Positions 8,878-21,200 of a stretch of DNA of 32,000 nt are shown here, in pieces; the first letter of the stretch is position 1; each line of letters opens with the position of its first letter. This stretch comes from Wallemia ichthyophaga EXF-994 (taxonomy: Eukaryota; Fungi; Basidiomycota): the NCBI RefSeq assembly GCF_000400465.1, contig NW_008806297.1, positions 60,524 to 92,523 of the forward strand, given 5' to 3'. Made by a program: the position numbers and the translations under genes. The notes beneath the pieces were generated by a model. It had not been told where the DNA came from, did not search any database, and was given only the letters and a program-made list of their open reading frames with translations.

Positions 8878-11800
8878 ATGTCCTCATCCAATAAACCACT
8901 CACCTCTGTCAAAGTGGCTGTCAGGATTAGGCCAACAACCACTCAAGACTCCCATTTAATTCCTTCAAGATGGCAGAATTCTGTCGTTGAACCTTCCTCC
9001 AATTCCTCAATCAACATCCACAATTCCTCCTTCTCCTTTGATAGGGTACACGGACCTTCTGACACTCAAAACACTATCTACAACGACAACGTTGATAATC
9101 TCGTAAATAGCTTTGTTGATGGTTACAACGTTACTATCCTCGCGTACGGCCAAACTTCCTCGGGTAAATCCTATACCATGGGTACTTGCATCTCAGACAG
9201 CGCACATGATACCTCAATCGACTCATCTACCGGTATCGTCCCTAGGGCAGTGGATCACATCTTCCACTCTCTCGATTCCAAAGGCGTCGACTTCTCCCTC
9301 AAAAACTCTTTTGTTGAAATCTACAATGAAGATTTAGTCGACCTACTTGGCCCAATTGGTGTTGAAAGACCTCCCGTTACGATCAGAGAAGCTTCCAATG
9401 GTACCATCATTTGGTCCGGTTTGAGAGAACCCCATGTTGCCTCCTCACAGGATGTTCTCAACAACTTATATACCGGTTCCAACGTCCGCCAAACGAACGA
9501 GACTGAGATGAACGCTAAATCCTCTCGCTCTCACGCCATCTTCTCTTTAACTCTCACCCAGAAGAAGTACGTCGGTCCAGGTCATCCTCCTCAATCATCT
9601 CCTAATCCTCCTTCCACTCCTCGCTCTCGACCTTCTTCAAGTATTGCTCAAAGGGTCGCTTCCCCTTCGTTTAATCGTCCTTCAACTCCTACTTCTTCTT
9701 TCAAATCTGGCTTGCGTCCACCATCTAGTATGAGCAACAGATCTCCATCACCAGCTAAAAAACCCATCCAAGATGAAGATGATGGTAATTACATTACAAT
9801 TACTTCTAAATTTCATTTCGTCGATTTAGCTGGTTCTGAAAGATTAAAAAGAACAGCTGCTGAGGGTGCTAGAGCTAGTGAAGCTATATCCATCAATTCT
9901 GGTTTACTCGCACTCGGTAATGTTATCAGCGCTCTCGGTGACCCTTCTAAAGCCAGAGCAAAAACTTATATACCATACAGAGACTCAAAGTTAACCCGCC
10001 TCCTACAAGACAGCTTAGGTGGCAATGCTCAAACCACTATGATTGCCTGTGTTAGTCCTGCAGAGTACAATACAAGCGAAACCATAAATACTCTCAAGTA
10101 CGCCAATAGAGCTAGGAATATAAAAAACAAGGCTGAAGTTAATCAAGTTGATGCTGGTTGGGAGGACATTGAATGGTTACAAAGTACTGTCACAAAGCTG
10201 AGAAAGGAATTGGGTACCCTCAGAGCAGGTAAGATACCTGACACCTCAAGCTCCACCAACTCTTCTAAAGAACAAGTCGAACATCTAGAAAACAAATATG
10301 AAGAGTCTACTTCTGAACTGGAAAACTTACGCTTACAACTCTCTAACGCCGAAGATTCTCCAAATGTACAACAGAAAGCTTCATCGTTTGCAGAAATGGT
10401 AGCACCGGTGATTGAGGAGTATGAGCGTACTATAAATACACTAGAATCTGAACTTAAGCTGACAAAAGCTGCCGTTAGTCATACCAACATGGTTTACTCC
10501 GAAAGAGAGAGTGAATTTGATGAGCTTGCCGATAGAGAGGCGAACCAGACTAATCTAATTGAACAACTTCATGGGAGGTTGCAAAAGTTGATCACTCGAG
10601 AGTCCACCACTGAAGCTTACGTTAAGGACCTTGAGAGTCAGCTCAAGGTTTTAACAGAAGGCGACGAAAGCTCTGCCGCTGCTCTCGCTGATATCAGGAA
10701 AGAACTCGCCAAACACCGTGAATTAGAATCTAAGAATGAGCAATACATACTCGATGTCGAGAGTAAGCTGAATGGTGTTGAGCATCTCAATTCTGGTTTG
10801 GTTGAAAAGGTGGAGATGCTCGAGAAAGAGGCACATGAGCGTGATGAGCAGCTTGAGCAACTTGAACTACGCCTCAATTTATATAACGACGGTGATGACA
10901 GTAAGGCTATTCTTGCTACAGTCGACAAAACCAACGCGAAGCATGCACATATGGAGGTTAGACTAGAGGAATTAATCAACGAGAGGGAAAAACTGTTTGA
11001 AGAGAGCACCATACTGAGAACAACCGCTGAGCAAGAAGGTTTTGCACGTAATGATGCCCTTAGACGTCTTGGGGAAGTGGAGTCTGAAAAGACAAAGATC
11101 GCAACTGCGTTCAAATTGGAAGGTGGAAAGATAAACACCAATGGCATTGGTAATGGTGTTAAAGAGATAACACCTCCAAATACGCCAGGCCAGAGTCAAT
11201 CACAAGATGAACATATTCTCAAATCTGAATTGGTAGAATTGAGAGTTGAATTACAGAAAATACAAATGTTGCACAAAAAAACACTCAACGAGTTAGACAC
11301 CCTTCAATCCAGATATCGCGATGCATTGAAGGAGATTGGTGAATTAACTGGACAAATTGAAGAGCATAAATTAATCAACACCAACGAAGATGGTGTTATC
11401 GCGACTGGTTCTCAACCTGCAACTCACATAGTTGACCAATCAACTGGAAAATTGAGAAGAAAGTTATCGTTTGAGTCTGGTGGTATAACTTTGCCATCTG
11501 GATCTGGAGCAGTGAAGGATGTAAAACGAAACAGTATTTCTATTCCACGCAGAAATTCACTGCAGAATTTACAATCACCAACCAATTTGGCAAGGACATC
11601 GGCTTTTTTTGGTCGTCAGCCCCTCGTAACAGGAGGTGGGAATGGAGGGGCGACGACATCGGCAGCGACATCCGCAACAACACCAGCAACAAGCTCAATG
11701 ACACCAGCGACAAGCTCAACACCCCCACCATCAGCACCTCCAACAACCCAAAAAGGAAATGGACATGCGCGTACACCCTCCTTGTTATTATCCCAGGAAT

Positions 11801-13992
11801 TATCCTCGCATCGTCAATCGCGTTCGAGCTGGGCAGGTCCTCCGTCACCAGGAGTCAGTCCTCGACTTAGCATGAACAATTCGCCTTCAAGGAGTATTGA
11901 AAGTCTTGAAAGAGAAATTCAAACACTTCAAAAGACTCTCAAGGATAGAGATGACGAGATTGACATGCTTGAAAAGGAGATTCCTCAGTTGAAGAGGGCT
12001 AGTAGTGCTAAGGAGGTCGAGGGCACAGGCAGTGATGTCGCGTTTGAAAGTCACAGTCACAGTCACAGTGATGTTGACGGTGATAAAGACGCGGACATCA
12101 AACAAGAGCATATCGCTCGTTTCAATGAGTTGATGACGTACGTGTACCTTCATGATATCAACTCAACTCACAACATACAGCTCCATGGCAATTAAGGAGT
12201 CTGCCCATAGTGAACAGATTGAGCGACTGAAAAGTTCATACGACCTCGAAAAGCGTCAGAATGAAGACTTGAAGTCGCTTACCAAGATGCAGATTACCAA
12301 CATGTCTACCGAAGTAGAAGCTTACAGAAATCAACTCGAAGGACGCGACAATGAACTCAAGAAATTGGAGGAGAGTCTCGAAGAAGCCGAGAAGGAGTTC
12401 ACTACAGCAAAAAAGACATTAACAGACGCCCACTCCATCGAGCTTGCCAGTGTCAAAGCTAAACACCAAGAGGTCCTCTACAACACCAACTTGGAATACG
12501 ATAAGATGTCTAACAAGACAGAGAAAGACGTTGAGCGTGAAAGTCTTATAGAAAAGATCAAGATGTCCCACGAGAATTCACTCAACGGAATCAAAAAGGA
12601 GTATAAAGAAGTTGTCAATGTACTCAAATCTTCCAACGAAAGTCTTATTAAGGAGGTTGAAGAAGTGAAGAACAGGATGACATCCAATCACGAAGAAACT
12701 ATAAGCGAGCTACGCAGAAAACAAAAAGATGAATTAGAGAGAGCATCACTTTTGGCAAGTGACGCTCAAAGCGAGATGCACGACGAGTATGCAAAAGTCA
12801 TCGAGGGTATGAGGAAGGAGTATGATGAGAAGGTTGTCAGCGATCGTGAACGCCAAGATGTTGCAAACCCGCTGGAGGAGGAGTTGCGATTTGTGAAGGA
12901 GAGTATGCAAGGACAACAAGTTGAGACCATCAAGCTCAAGGAGCAGCTTAGTAACGCTGATGCTGAGAGGGACGAACGCGCAGGAAATGCTGACGAGGTT
13001 GCTGCTTTGAGATCACAGCTGCAAATGCAAAAGGAGCGTAACGAAAGTGATCAGAAGAACTTTGCGGAAGCTCTCCAGACGATCGAAGGTGCCATCAACG
13101 AGAGAGATAGTCTGCAGGTCGAGAGAGATGAACTACAGGCTGAAGTGAACGACTTTACATCGCGCAACAACTCGTATGAATACCAACAACTCGAACTGAC
13201 ACGATCGAAGGAGGAAATCTCATCCCTCACGCATGACAGATTACGTTTGGAGAGTGCGTTGAAGGACTACGAAAATGTCAGAATGAAGGAGAACGAGTTA
13301 CAATCGCCGGTTTTAATAGATGCAGCACCAAAGTCTCCACGTTTGTCTAGAGGCAACTCAGGCGGATCTAATGTTCCGCCTCCGACACCGCCACCGTCGA
13401 TACCCCCACCGCCACCACCTCAGAACGGTAAGCAGAGACAGTCGACGTCATCACGTCCGGAGAGTGCAGCAAGCATCCGCTCGCAGAATGAGATGCACCC
13501 AGAAAGTATCAAGCAGCTGGAGGAAGCTGAGCAGCAGATAAAGACGCTTACCAAGCAACTCGACCACTGCGAGGCGGATCTCCAGGCGAACATCGATCTC
13601 GTGCAGACGTTGGAGAATGCATTGATGGGTGAGTGACCATGCTTAATTACCTAATTTTGCTGACAGACTTACAGACTCAGAGAGATCTCTAAGAAAGGCG
13701 CGCGTGAACATGAACGATCTGGTTAAGGACAGAGACATGGCGACAGCGCAAGTCACCCAACTGCGACAAGAGATCGATAGCAAACAGCAGGAGATCGATA
13801 GTACCAGACACAGCGTCGTCGAGGAGAGGAGACAGTCTGCACTCAAGCTCGACCAGGAGAGGTCGCAGAGAGACAGAGCCAGAGCCCAGCTCGAGCAGCG
13901 TGTCGAAGACATGCAGAAAAGAAGTGGGTTTGAGTTGTTGATTTGTTCCCGCTGACCCACATCCCACAGAAAGCAAATTGCGTTGCTTCTAA
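8878..13992 (+). CDS. Kinesin-4 family (KIF4/KIF21/KIF27-like) motor with long coiled-coil tail, ~1659 aa; introns 12138-12180, 13629-13674, 13924-13969
   Basis: P-loop GQTSSGKSYTM, switch I NAKSSRSH, switch II DLAGSE, HIPYRD-like YIPYRDSKLTRLLQDSLGG, and neck ANRARNIKNK. Three GT-AG introns link the listed ORFs in frame to ...KRKSKLRCF*. Confidence 0.93.
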
Positions 13993-14429
13993 TTTTGTCG
14001 CAGCGTTGTGAAATCACCGAATACTTTAAACTTTGTACTATATTTATTTCTTTCCTTTCCTTCATGCTACATTCTAGACGCTCAGCATGACGTTAGCAAA
14101 GTGCAAAGATTTACTGATTGTTGTATCAGATTCTCTTTCTTCGCCGTCCAAAATAAGCATCGGCAAAATCACTGATGATAATTAAATCTGATTATTTGTT
14201 AAGACGATACATGTTTAAACTGCGTCCATCAATACTTCTTAAAGCATGAGGAGTCAAAGGCGGTGCTGAATTTACTGGGAACATTTCTTGACTAGCGTCT
14301 TAATTTCTGAATTTTTGGTGAACCTCAATTACATTGAACCACCTCACTGTGCTGTTACGCACCTGCCCTGCAGGTCAGCTCTGCCCGTTTTAGCTGACAA
14401 ATATGTAATAAAGGAAATCGTATGTACAT

Positions 14430-14518
14430 GTCAGTTTGGCCGAGTGGTTAAGGCGCTTGACTCGAACGGCGAAATCAAGTTCTCTTTGGGATCACAGGTT
14501 CGAATCCTGTAGCTGACG
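14430..14518 (+). tRNA. tRNA-Ser(CGA) with 7-nt intron (14467-14473)
   Basis: Acceptor GTCAGTT/AGCTGAC plus G73; A-box TGGCCGAGTGG; anticodon stem CTTGA/TCAAG with loop CT-CGA-A[intron]A; long variable arm (type II); T-arm CAGG-TTCGAAT-CCTG; T5 terminator at 14523-14527. Confidence 0.92.
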
Positions 14519-14664
14519 AATATTTTTGACTTCGGCACCAATTTATGGACAGCCTGTTATACTTGTGCATTTGGACGTCTTCTGTGCAGCGTCGTAATCC
14601 TCACTTACTTTATGCACATCACTCGCGATCGTGACACGTTACAGGATTTATACATTATAATACA

Positions 14665-16484
14665 CTACACAGTACTGTCGATAAGGTTTAGCAGGAGGGA
14701 GCCTCCCAGTGCGAATCCCACCAACGATAACGTGACTGCGTTCAATAGCCACATATAATGCCTTCGCTGAGAGGCTCGCTGGTGTGTGCGCAAGGCTGAG
14801 CGCCCGACTTCCAGCTCAATCGCGTCGCTGCGCCATGGCCTGGAGAAGGGCAGATTGAACGAGTGGAGTACAGCGTTGACAAGCTCGGAGCCGTCGAGGA
14901 AGGGCAGCGGGAGCATGTTGACCATGCCAAAGGTCACCGAGAGTGTAATGATGTAGTTTGCGAGTGTTGAGAGAAGGTAGATCAAGTACTCCGGCATCAG
15001 TGCGGGATATCGAGATGCGTAGTCTGACACTTTCACTGAGGTTGTGTCAGCCAGCTCCGCTACATCCGCTGCACCCACAAGTCTCCCACAGAAAGCGCTT
15101 GCTGCTCTGGACAACAACGCTTTCCCGCTCATTCTCCTTCCCGAGGTATCCAATGCGCAGCATGTGTGACAGCGGGTGAGGGCGCACACACACGGACTTC
15201 TCCTCGTCTGTTTCCAGACAGTTTACGGGTTCTCCCAGCATCACTTCGGATGGATCTAAACAGGCTTCGCGGTTGGCAAGCAGAGTTGCCTGGTGGGCTA
15301 CAAAACAACCCGCACCGCTTACAGCCTCCTCTAAGCTGGCGCTCCGGCAGCATGATGTTTCTGAGGCTGTTGGAGTGCTCTTGTGAGTGGAGGCCTCCAT
15401 CAGGACGACTCCACTTACAGTTGAACACAGCTAAATCGACTAACCAAGCGTAATGGCTTTTTGGCTCCTTGGTTCTCGACAAAAGATAATCGTCCCAAAT
15501 ATCCACGTCCATCTCATCTACATCACTGGGCCTACCTAAATTAACCGTGTCTATAGACGTAATTATAGCGGCGGGATGTATATACCCATAGAGCTTATTT
15601 TTCTGTGCTTTAGTTAGCGACGTATCCCGTGCCATCCCGAGAAAACCTCAAGGACACTTTCGAGTCACAGCCTACCTCCGAAATCTCAGTGACAGATCTG
15701 CCATAGTCACCAACGTAGATGAAAAGCTGATCGCTGCAAATATACGCAGCCACACTCAGTAGCAGCGCTAGGATAAAGTTGTGGTAAGCGCCTGCGCAAA
15801 TGATCCTGGCGCGAGGCCTGAGGGATATGTTTGCCAGCTGCGATTGGGATAGGGCAACGAATGCTCCTGGTATAAACGGAAATGCTACGGCCACACCTGC
15901 AGATACTATATCGACGCTTTCACTATAGATAATATTAGTCTGCCCTACGCAACGCAATGCAACCTACTATAGCGCCGCCAAGGCATGACCGGCCTCGTGG
16001 AATACTTGCACGACCACAAAGGCAAGGAGGAAAATGGGTAGGTCGGATAGCGGGTTTGTCCAGCCTGGCAGCTGGGGTGGGTCAAACGAGCGCGTCTATC
16101 GCGTATGACACTCACGACTGGCTTGATGATGAGATTCTCGGCGAGAGACTCGGATTCACGCCCTTCTGCATACCGTCTTGCGTGTAGATGCGCTGATGCG
16201 CCTCTGAATAAATTATAGAGCGCCTTGATAACGCTGGAGGAGTCCTTGAGAACAACTGCGGCGGTGAAGAATGCGGATGATATCGAGATGAGCACGCCTA
16301 GATCATAACTTTGCCGGATGAAACCCTTGTATTTACTCCCAGCGAGCACCTCCAGCCGCCGCGTGCTCATGAATTCGAATCTTCTCATTTTGATGTTGGC
16401 GTAGAGGGGTAAGAAACGATGGCGCGATGTGATGAAATGTCGCGGCAAATCACGCTCATTGAGGTACGAGTGTTTTAATCGCAC
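14665..16484 (-). CDS. Site-2 protease (M50 intramembrane metalloprotease, S2P/Stp1-like); 5' end unresolved; introns 16072-16115, 15923-15967, 15603-15675, 15367-15418, 15036-15078
   Basis: After splicing: LPGWTNPLSDLPIFLLAFVVVQVFHEAGH (HExxH), PGAFV, RIICAGAYHN, a PDZ-like/Cys-rich insert, and NMLPLPFLDG (NxxPxxxLDG third zinc ligand). Confidence 0.9.
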
Positions 16485-17189
16485 TTGGCGGTATCTTTTG
16501 CAGCGTGATGTGCTGGTGGGATTGTTTTATAAACCGGTTTGAGCTACGCGCTCTATATTATCGATATTTGCAAGTACGTTGGACTGCGTATCGTATGCAC
16601 ACCATTTGCACGCTGACCCAGTCAGTCTTGGCTATAGCAAGGCAGCAAGATATCGTTCTTACCTGCAAATGTAAATATCTGACGTTCAGTGTATCATTGC
16701 TTAAATTCATGTGCTCAATTGGTTCTCATAAAAGTTTCACCTGTGGAGGCTAAACTTGCTGTAAAGATCTAACATCAGGATAAAATGCATACGAATTTCC
16801 AATATAACATTTACTTTAATTGTCTAGAGCAATTCTATGTGGTTTTGAACAGTAAATCTCTAATTATAATGTAATCTTTCTTTACAGCGACTGCATGATT
16901 ATAACATTGTACTCGGTATGACGAAATGAGTGGCTTCCACAAGTTATTAAAGGCAAAAATAAAAGATTGGACTGTGTTCTTGCCCTTCAAAACCCGCAAT
17001 ACTCCTAAATCGCGACTTTTCCGAATTAAACGAAGCATTAATTGAAATTTTCTAGCTTCGTGAAACGAAAATAAGATACATTTATTTCTGAACCTGGCGA
17101 AAACCCGGCAAACTACCGCAATGATTAATTGGATTTTTCAAGATTGCACAGTTTTGATTTGGGTTATACAAAAACAGTCTGTAATCATC

Positions 17190-17292
17190 GCTTTCGTGGC
17201 TTAGGGGTTATAGCGCCGTGTTAACACCGGCTCATCTTCCAAGATGAACAGTTGCTCCGCGGAGGTCGCCGGTTCGATTCCGGCCGAAAGCT
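17190..17292 (+). tRNA. tRNA-Val(AAC) with 30-nt intron (17227-17256)
   Basis: Acceptor GCTTTCG/CGAAAGC; D-arm GCTT..AGC; anticodon stem CCGTG/CGCGG with loop TT-AAC-A[intron]C; variable AGGTC; T-arm GCCGG-TTCGATT-CCGGC. The intron contains GTTG able to pair with the anticodon. T5 follows immediately. Confidence 0.9.
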
Positions 17293-17496
17293 TTTTGTGT
17301 CACATTAATTATCTTGAAGTATTCTTTTTTCCACATTGTCTTGTTTTACGACTGTAGAGACATCTATTTTGCATCTTTGATATCTCCTAACTACTCTATT
17401 GAGCTGGAGTGGGTGGTGAAATGACGTATGGATCGCCGCGCTCCACATGGTAAATTGCGAATTGACTCCTGCTTACAACAACCAACAACGAGAATA

Positions 17497-18122
17497 ATGT
17501 CAGATCCATACAGCGCCAAGTCAAGCACAAACGCCACACCACAAGAGAAGCTCGACCTGTTCCACGTAAGCCAGCTAGCGCACGACTCACCAACCACGCT
17601 GACGTCGTCCAGAGCATCATCAAGCCAGTGAAGACGTCGATGCTCGTCTCGCGCAACACAGACAGCTTCTTGCACTCGCGCGCCATGACTCCAGTCTCAG
17701 TGGATCACCTCACCTTCTACTATATTGCCAATGTGAAGAGTGGCAAAACCAAGGAATTCGAAAACGACTCCCACGTGAACATCTCTTACTACGATCCAGC
17801 GTCTACCAACTGGGCATCCCTCGCAGGCACTGCGACTGTCACACAGGACCAGAAAGTGATTGAGAGCGTCTGGAACCCAGGTCTCAAAGCCTGGTTCGGC
17901 GACTTGGGCGATGGAAAGCACACGGGTGATAAAGACGATCCTCGTATAATGGTCATCGTCGTTAAGCCCGTGTCGATCCACTTCTGGCACAACACCTCTT
18001 CCAAGCTTGGATTCACTTACGAGGTCGTCAAGGGCGCAGTCACGGGCGATGTTGCCTCTCCAGGCGAGCTGATGACGATTGAGAATGACGAAATCGAGCT
18101 CATTAACGGACTCAAGAAGTGA
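17497..18122 (+). CDS. bli-3: BLI-3-like / general stress protein 26-like FMN split-barrel protein (~192 aa), intron 17566-17612
   Basis: MSDPYSAKS...TPQEKL start; TSMLVSR, LHSRAM, NVKSGKTKEFENDSHVNISY, WASLAGTA, WNPGLKAWFGDLGDGKHTG..DDPRI are typical of Neurospora BLI-3 homologues. Confidence 0.85.
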
Positions 18123-18223
18123 AATGCGTGACTTTGTATTATGATTAGAAATGCGACAATTATATCTTAGGTGTTTAGTGTGTGGAGTGTGTTTAATGCC
18201 ATAAATAGTTTGAAATGCGAGTG

Positions 18224-21200
18224 TTAATATAGTGGCTGCTCAACAAGGCTGTGAGATGATGACTGGTGAGATTGTGAGTGTTGTTGGTGGTCATTAGAGT
18301 CTGACATCTGTCTGAAGGCCTCTGTAAGCGTGTGTACGAAATCTATCTTACCGCCTGAGCGAGTCAATGGAGGCGGTTGTGGCGCTTCAAAAACACTGAA
18401 AGATCTAGGTGCTTCTGCCATCTCCGGACTAGCCACTTTGAACTTTCCGTCGTCGTGAGCGTGGCCATCCTCCAGCTGGTCTTCCTCCACATAGCCATCG
18501 CCGTCATCGTACACCTGCACTGTTCGCCCATCGTCGTCTATCAGACTGAGGATGTCTTGGCGCGTGATACTTTCGTGCGTAATGGTTCTTGGCAGGTCTA
18601 GCTCGTGGGCGTGAGCGTGAGTGTTATTGTTGGTGTTGTTGTTTGTGTTGGTCGGTGGATTGATGATATCTTGAATCGCATTCCACTCAGCCTCGACGTC
18701 GTAGTCTGCTATCTGTTTCTGCAGCTGGTATTGTTCTGCGGAAAATTCGCTCAAATCGTCGTAACCGTGGTAATAGCCTGCATCGCGTTCTTGTTGGTAG
18801 TTGTTTGGTTTGTAAGTGTCTACTTGTGGAGGTTGTTGGTGAGCTTGATGAACTTGATGCGAATAAAGACAATCAATCACACCACCATCAACCTGCTCCG
18901 GCTCAGCAACATTCCCATCCTTCTGCTCGGTGAATTCTGCTACGTTTTCTAGATAACTTACGGCAGCATTCTCGGCAGATTTCTTGGAGGATTGCGAGTG
19001 TGTTTGAGACTGTGTTTGAGACTGAGACTGCGACATAGTCTGCGTCGTAGCAACAGTAGTCGGTTGAGAATTCTGTATATACGTGGATTCCACATTTAAA
19101 GGCACATGTGGATTCAATATCATCTCTTCCAGCTCCTCATGAGCGACGTCATCTTCATTCTTCTCGAGCCGCTTAAGCATGTTAACTTTCTTAGGCGGAG
19201 AAGGAGGAGACACTGGGATGGGTGGGAGATCCTTTGCTGGCGGCCTAACAGTCTGGGTCAGCAAACTGTCGAGTGAACTCCATATCTTAGGGTCGGTCGC
19301 TTTCTTCTGGTGTGTGGATGTCTTAATGTGCTAGATGGAAATGTTAGCGTCACAACTTAATCACGAGAAAAATACCTAACCCACCCTATCGAAGTCCTCA
19401 AACTTTACTCGACAGATCTCACAATACCCCGGCTTGAAATTCTCTTGCCGCTTGCTCAGCTTCTCCTTGTGCTTTTGTTTCGCTTGGAGCTTCTCCATAT
19501 GGTTGTACATATCAACTGTTTCCTGGGATACTTGTGCATCTACTTGTTTGTCTACTTGCTTGTTTTCTTCCTTGGATGGTGCAGTTTCCTTTTGTTGAGT
19601 GTGTTGTGTTTTGGGAGAAATTAAATCATTAGTTTGCGCTGTTTGAGTTGTTTTACCGGACTGAGTATGCTCTTTAGGTGGTTTAGTCGTTGGGACCTTC
19701 CTCCTCGGCAAGACTTCTTTGAAAGCAGCACGAGCTTCTTTGGTAGCAAGAATATCTTTCGGTGGTGGTGTTGGTGCGGAGGAGATGACGCTCTCATTAG
19801 CGCTGTAATTAGCGCTATCAAAATTATCATCAACGACATCATGAGCACCTCGATTCTTAAGAGCAGCTACGCTTTCTTCAAATTTATTATGTTCGCGAGC
19901 TCTCAGCAGTGCCTGTGCTGCGTTGGTAGGTTTAGAGCTATCCTCGACGACCGCTTTACCTCTAGAGCTGCGTCTATGTTGGAGCAACTGTGCGAAAGAC
20001 GTGTGAGCGGGAGCGTGTGAGTGATCGGACACTCTGCGTGGTGTCGTTCTTGTTGTTGTGTTAGTGGTGGTGGGTGTGGACAATGTTGTGTTTGCAGATG
20101 CCGACGCTGATGCTGAAGTCGACGTCGATGTCGATGCCACCGCAGTTTCATTCGCAATCGCATTCGCATCCGCCTCTCTCGAACGGGCATTTGCATTTGC
20201 ACGTGTTTGTGCATTCGCTTGTGCAGTCTTGGGCCGGTGCTCTGTCGTGCGTTTATCGAGCTGCAGGACTCTTTTATCGCGCTGACCGGGTACACGTGCA
20301 GCCTGAGCTTGAGACGTAGCATTCGTGGAGGTGATAGTAACGCTGTTCCCAGATGCAGCCGCATAAGCGTCCTCAGCCTTGTCCTTCTGCCGACTGTGAC
20401 TGTGACTTTGAATAAGATTCTGATTCTTGTCGACATCTTCCTGCAACTGCATTTGCATTTGCAGTTGCGCCTGATGGTGATGTTGATCCACTTCCATATC
20501 CTGCTCCAACTCCATCTCCTGCTCGCCGTGCTGCCCACTACCCACCATAGTAATAACGCCCTGTTTACACAACCTAGCTAGCTGAGCCTCGACAACGTAA
20601 TTGACGTGCTCCTGCATTCCCCAGCCTTTACTAGCGTATACGCGTCCATCGAACGGTGCCTCATTCTGGTAATACTTTGTGAACGGGTTGCGCTCATCAC
20701 GGCATGCGAACAAAATCGGCCAGGCCGCTTCCTCGTTTGCGCGCGGCACAGCGTACTCCTGTATCAGCACTGGACGGTGTGTCTCAGAAGCGTCTTCTAC
20801 TAATACATACCGCACGTTGCGCGGGAAGTAGTACTGATCGATCTGGCGCACACTTCGGTCGCGCTCGGTTGTTCCTTGCAGTTTCTCCCGCTTGAGCATT
20901 GCTTTCAGACTCTGTTCGCGCGCGGTGGCGTGTGAATGTGAGTGAGAATGCACATGTGCATGTGCCTGCGTTTGAGAATGAGAAAGTGGATTCCCCCCCG
21001 TGTCATTCGCCAAGAGGTGGCGGAGGATGTTGTAGATCTTGGGATAACTCCACACCTTAATCTTAAATTCTTGCGCGCGTAGGAGGAGATCGTCGGCCTG
21101 TTGAATAGGGCCGAGAAAGGGGTTTTTGGGCTGGGTATCTACGATGCTGTGTTGGGTGTGGTTGAGTGGGTCTACGACTGTGTAAGCTGCGCTGCCCGTG

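Noticed and set aside
8878-13992. Apparent codon-usage drift along the kinesin gene (T/C-rich 5' part, G/A-rich 3' part)
   Set aside because: Amino-acid composition (Ser/Pro-rich motor loops versus Glu/Lys coiled coil) could explain it, and I cannot quantify it without computation.
14170-14272. 30-codon minus-strand ORF (MFPVNSAPP...) and the 74-aa + ORF 14288-14512
   Set aside because: No motif or splice support. The latter runs through the tRNA-Ser gene.
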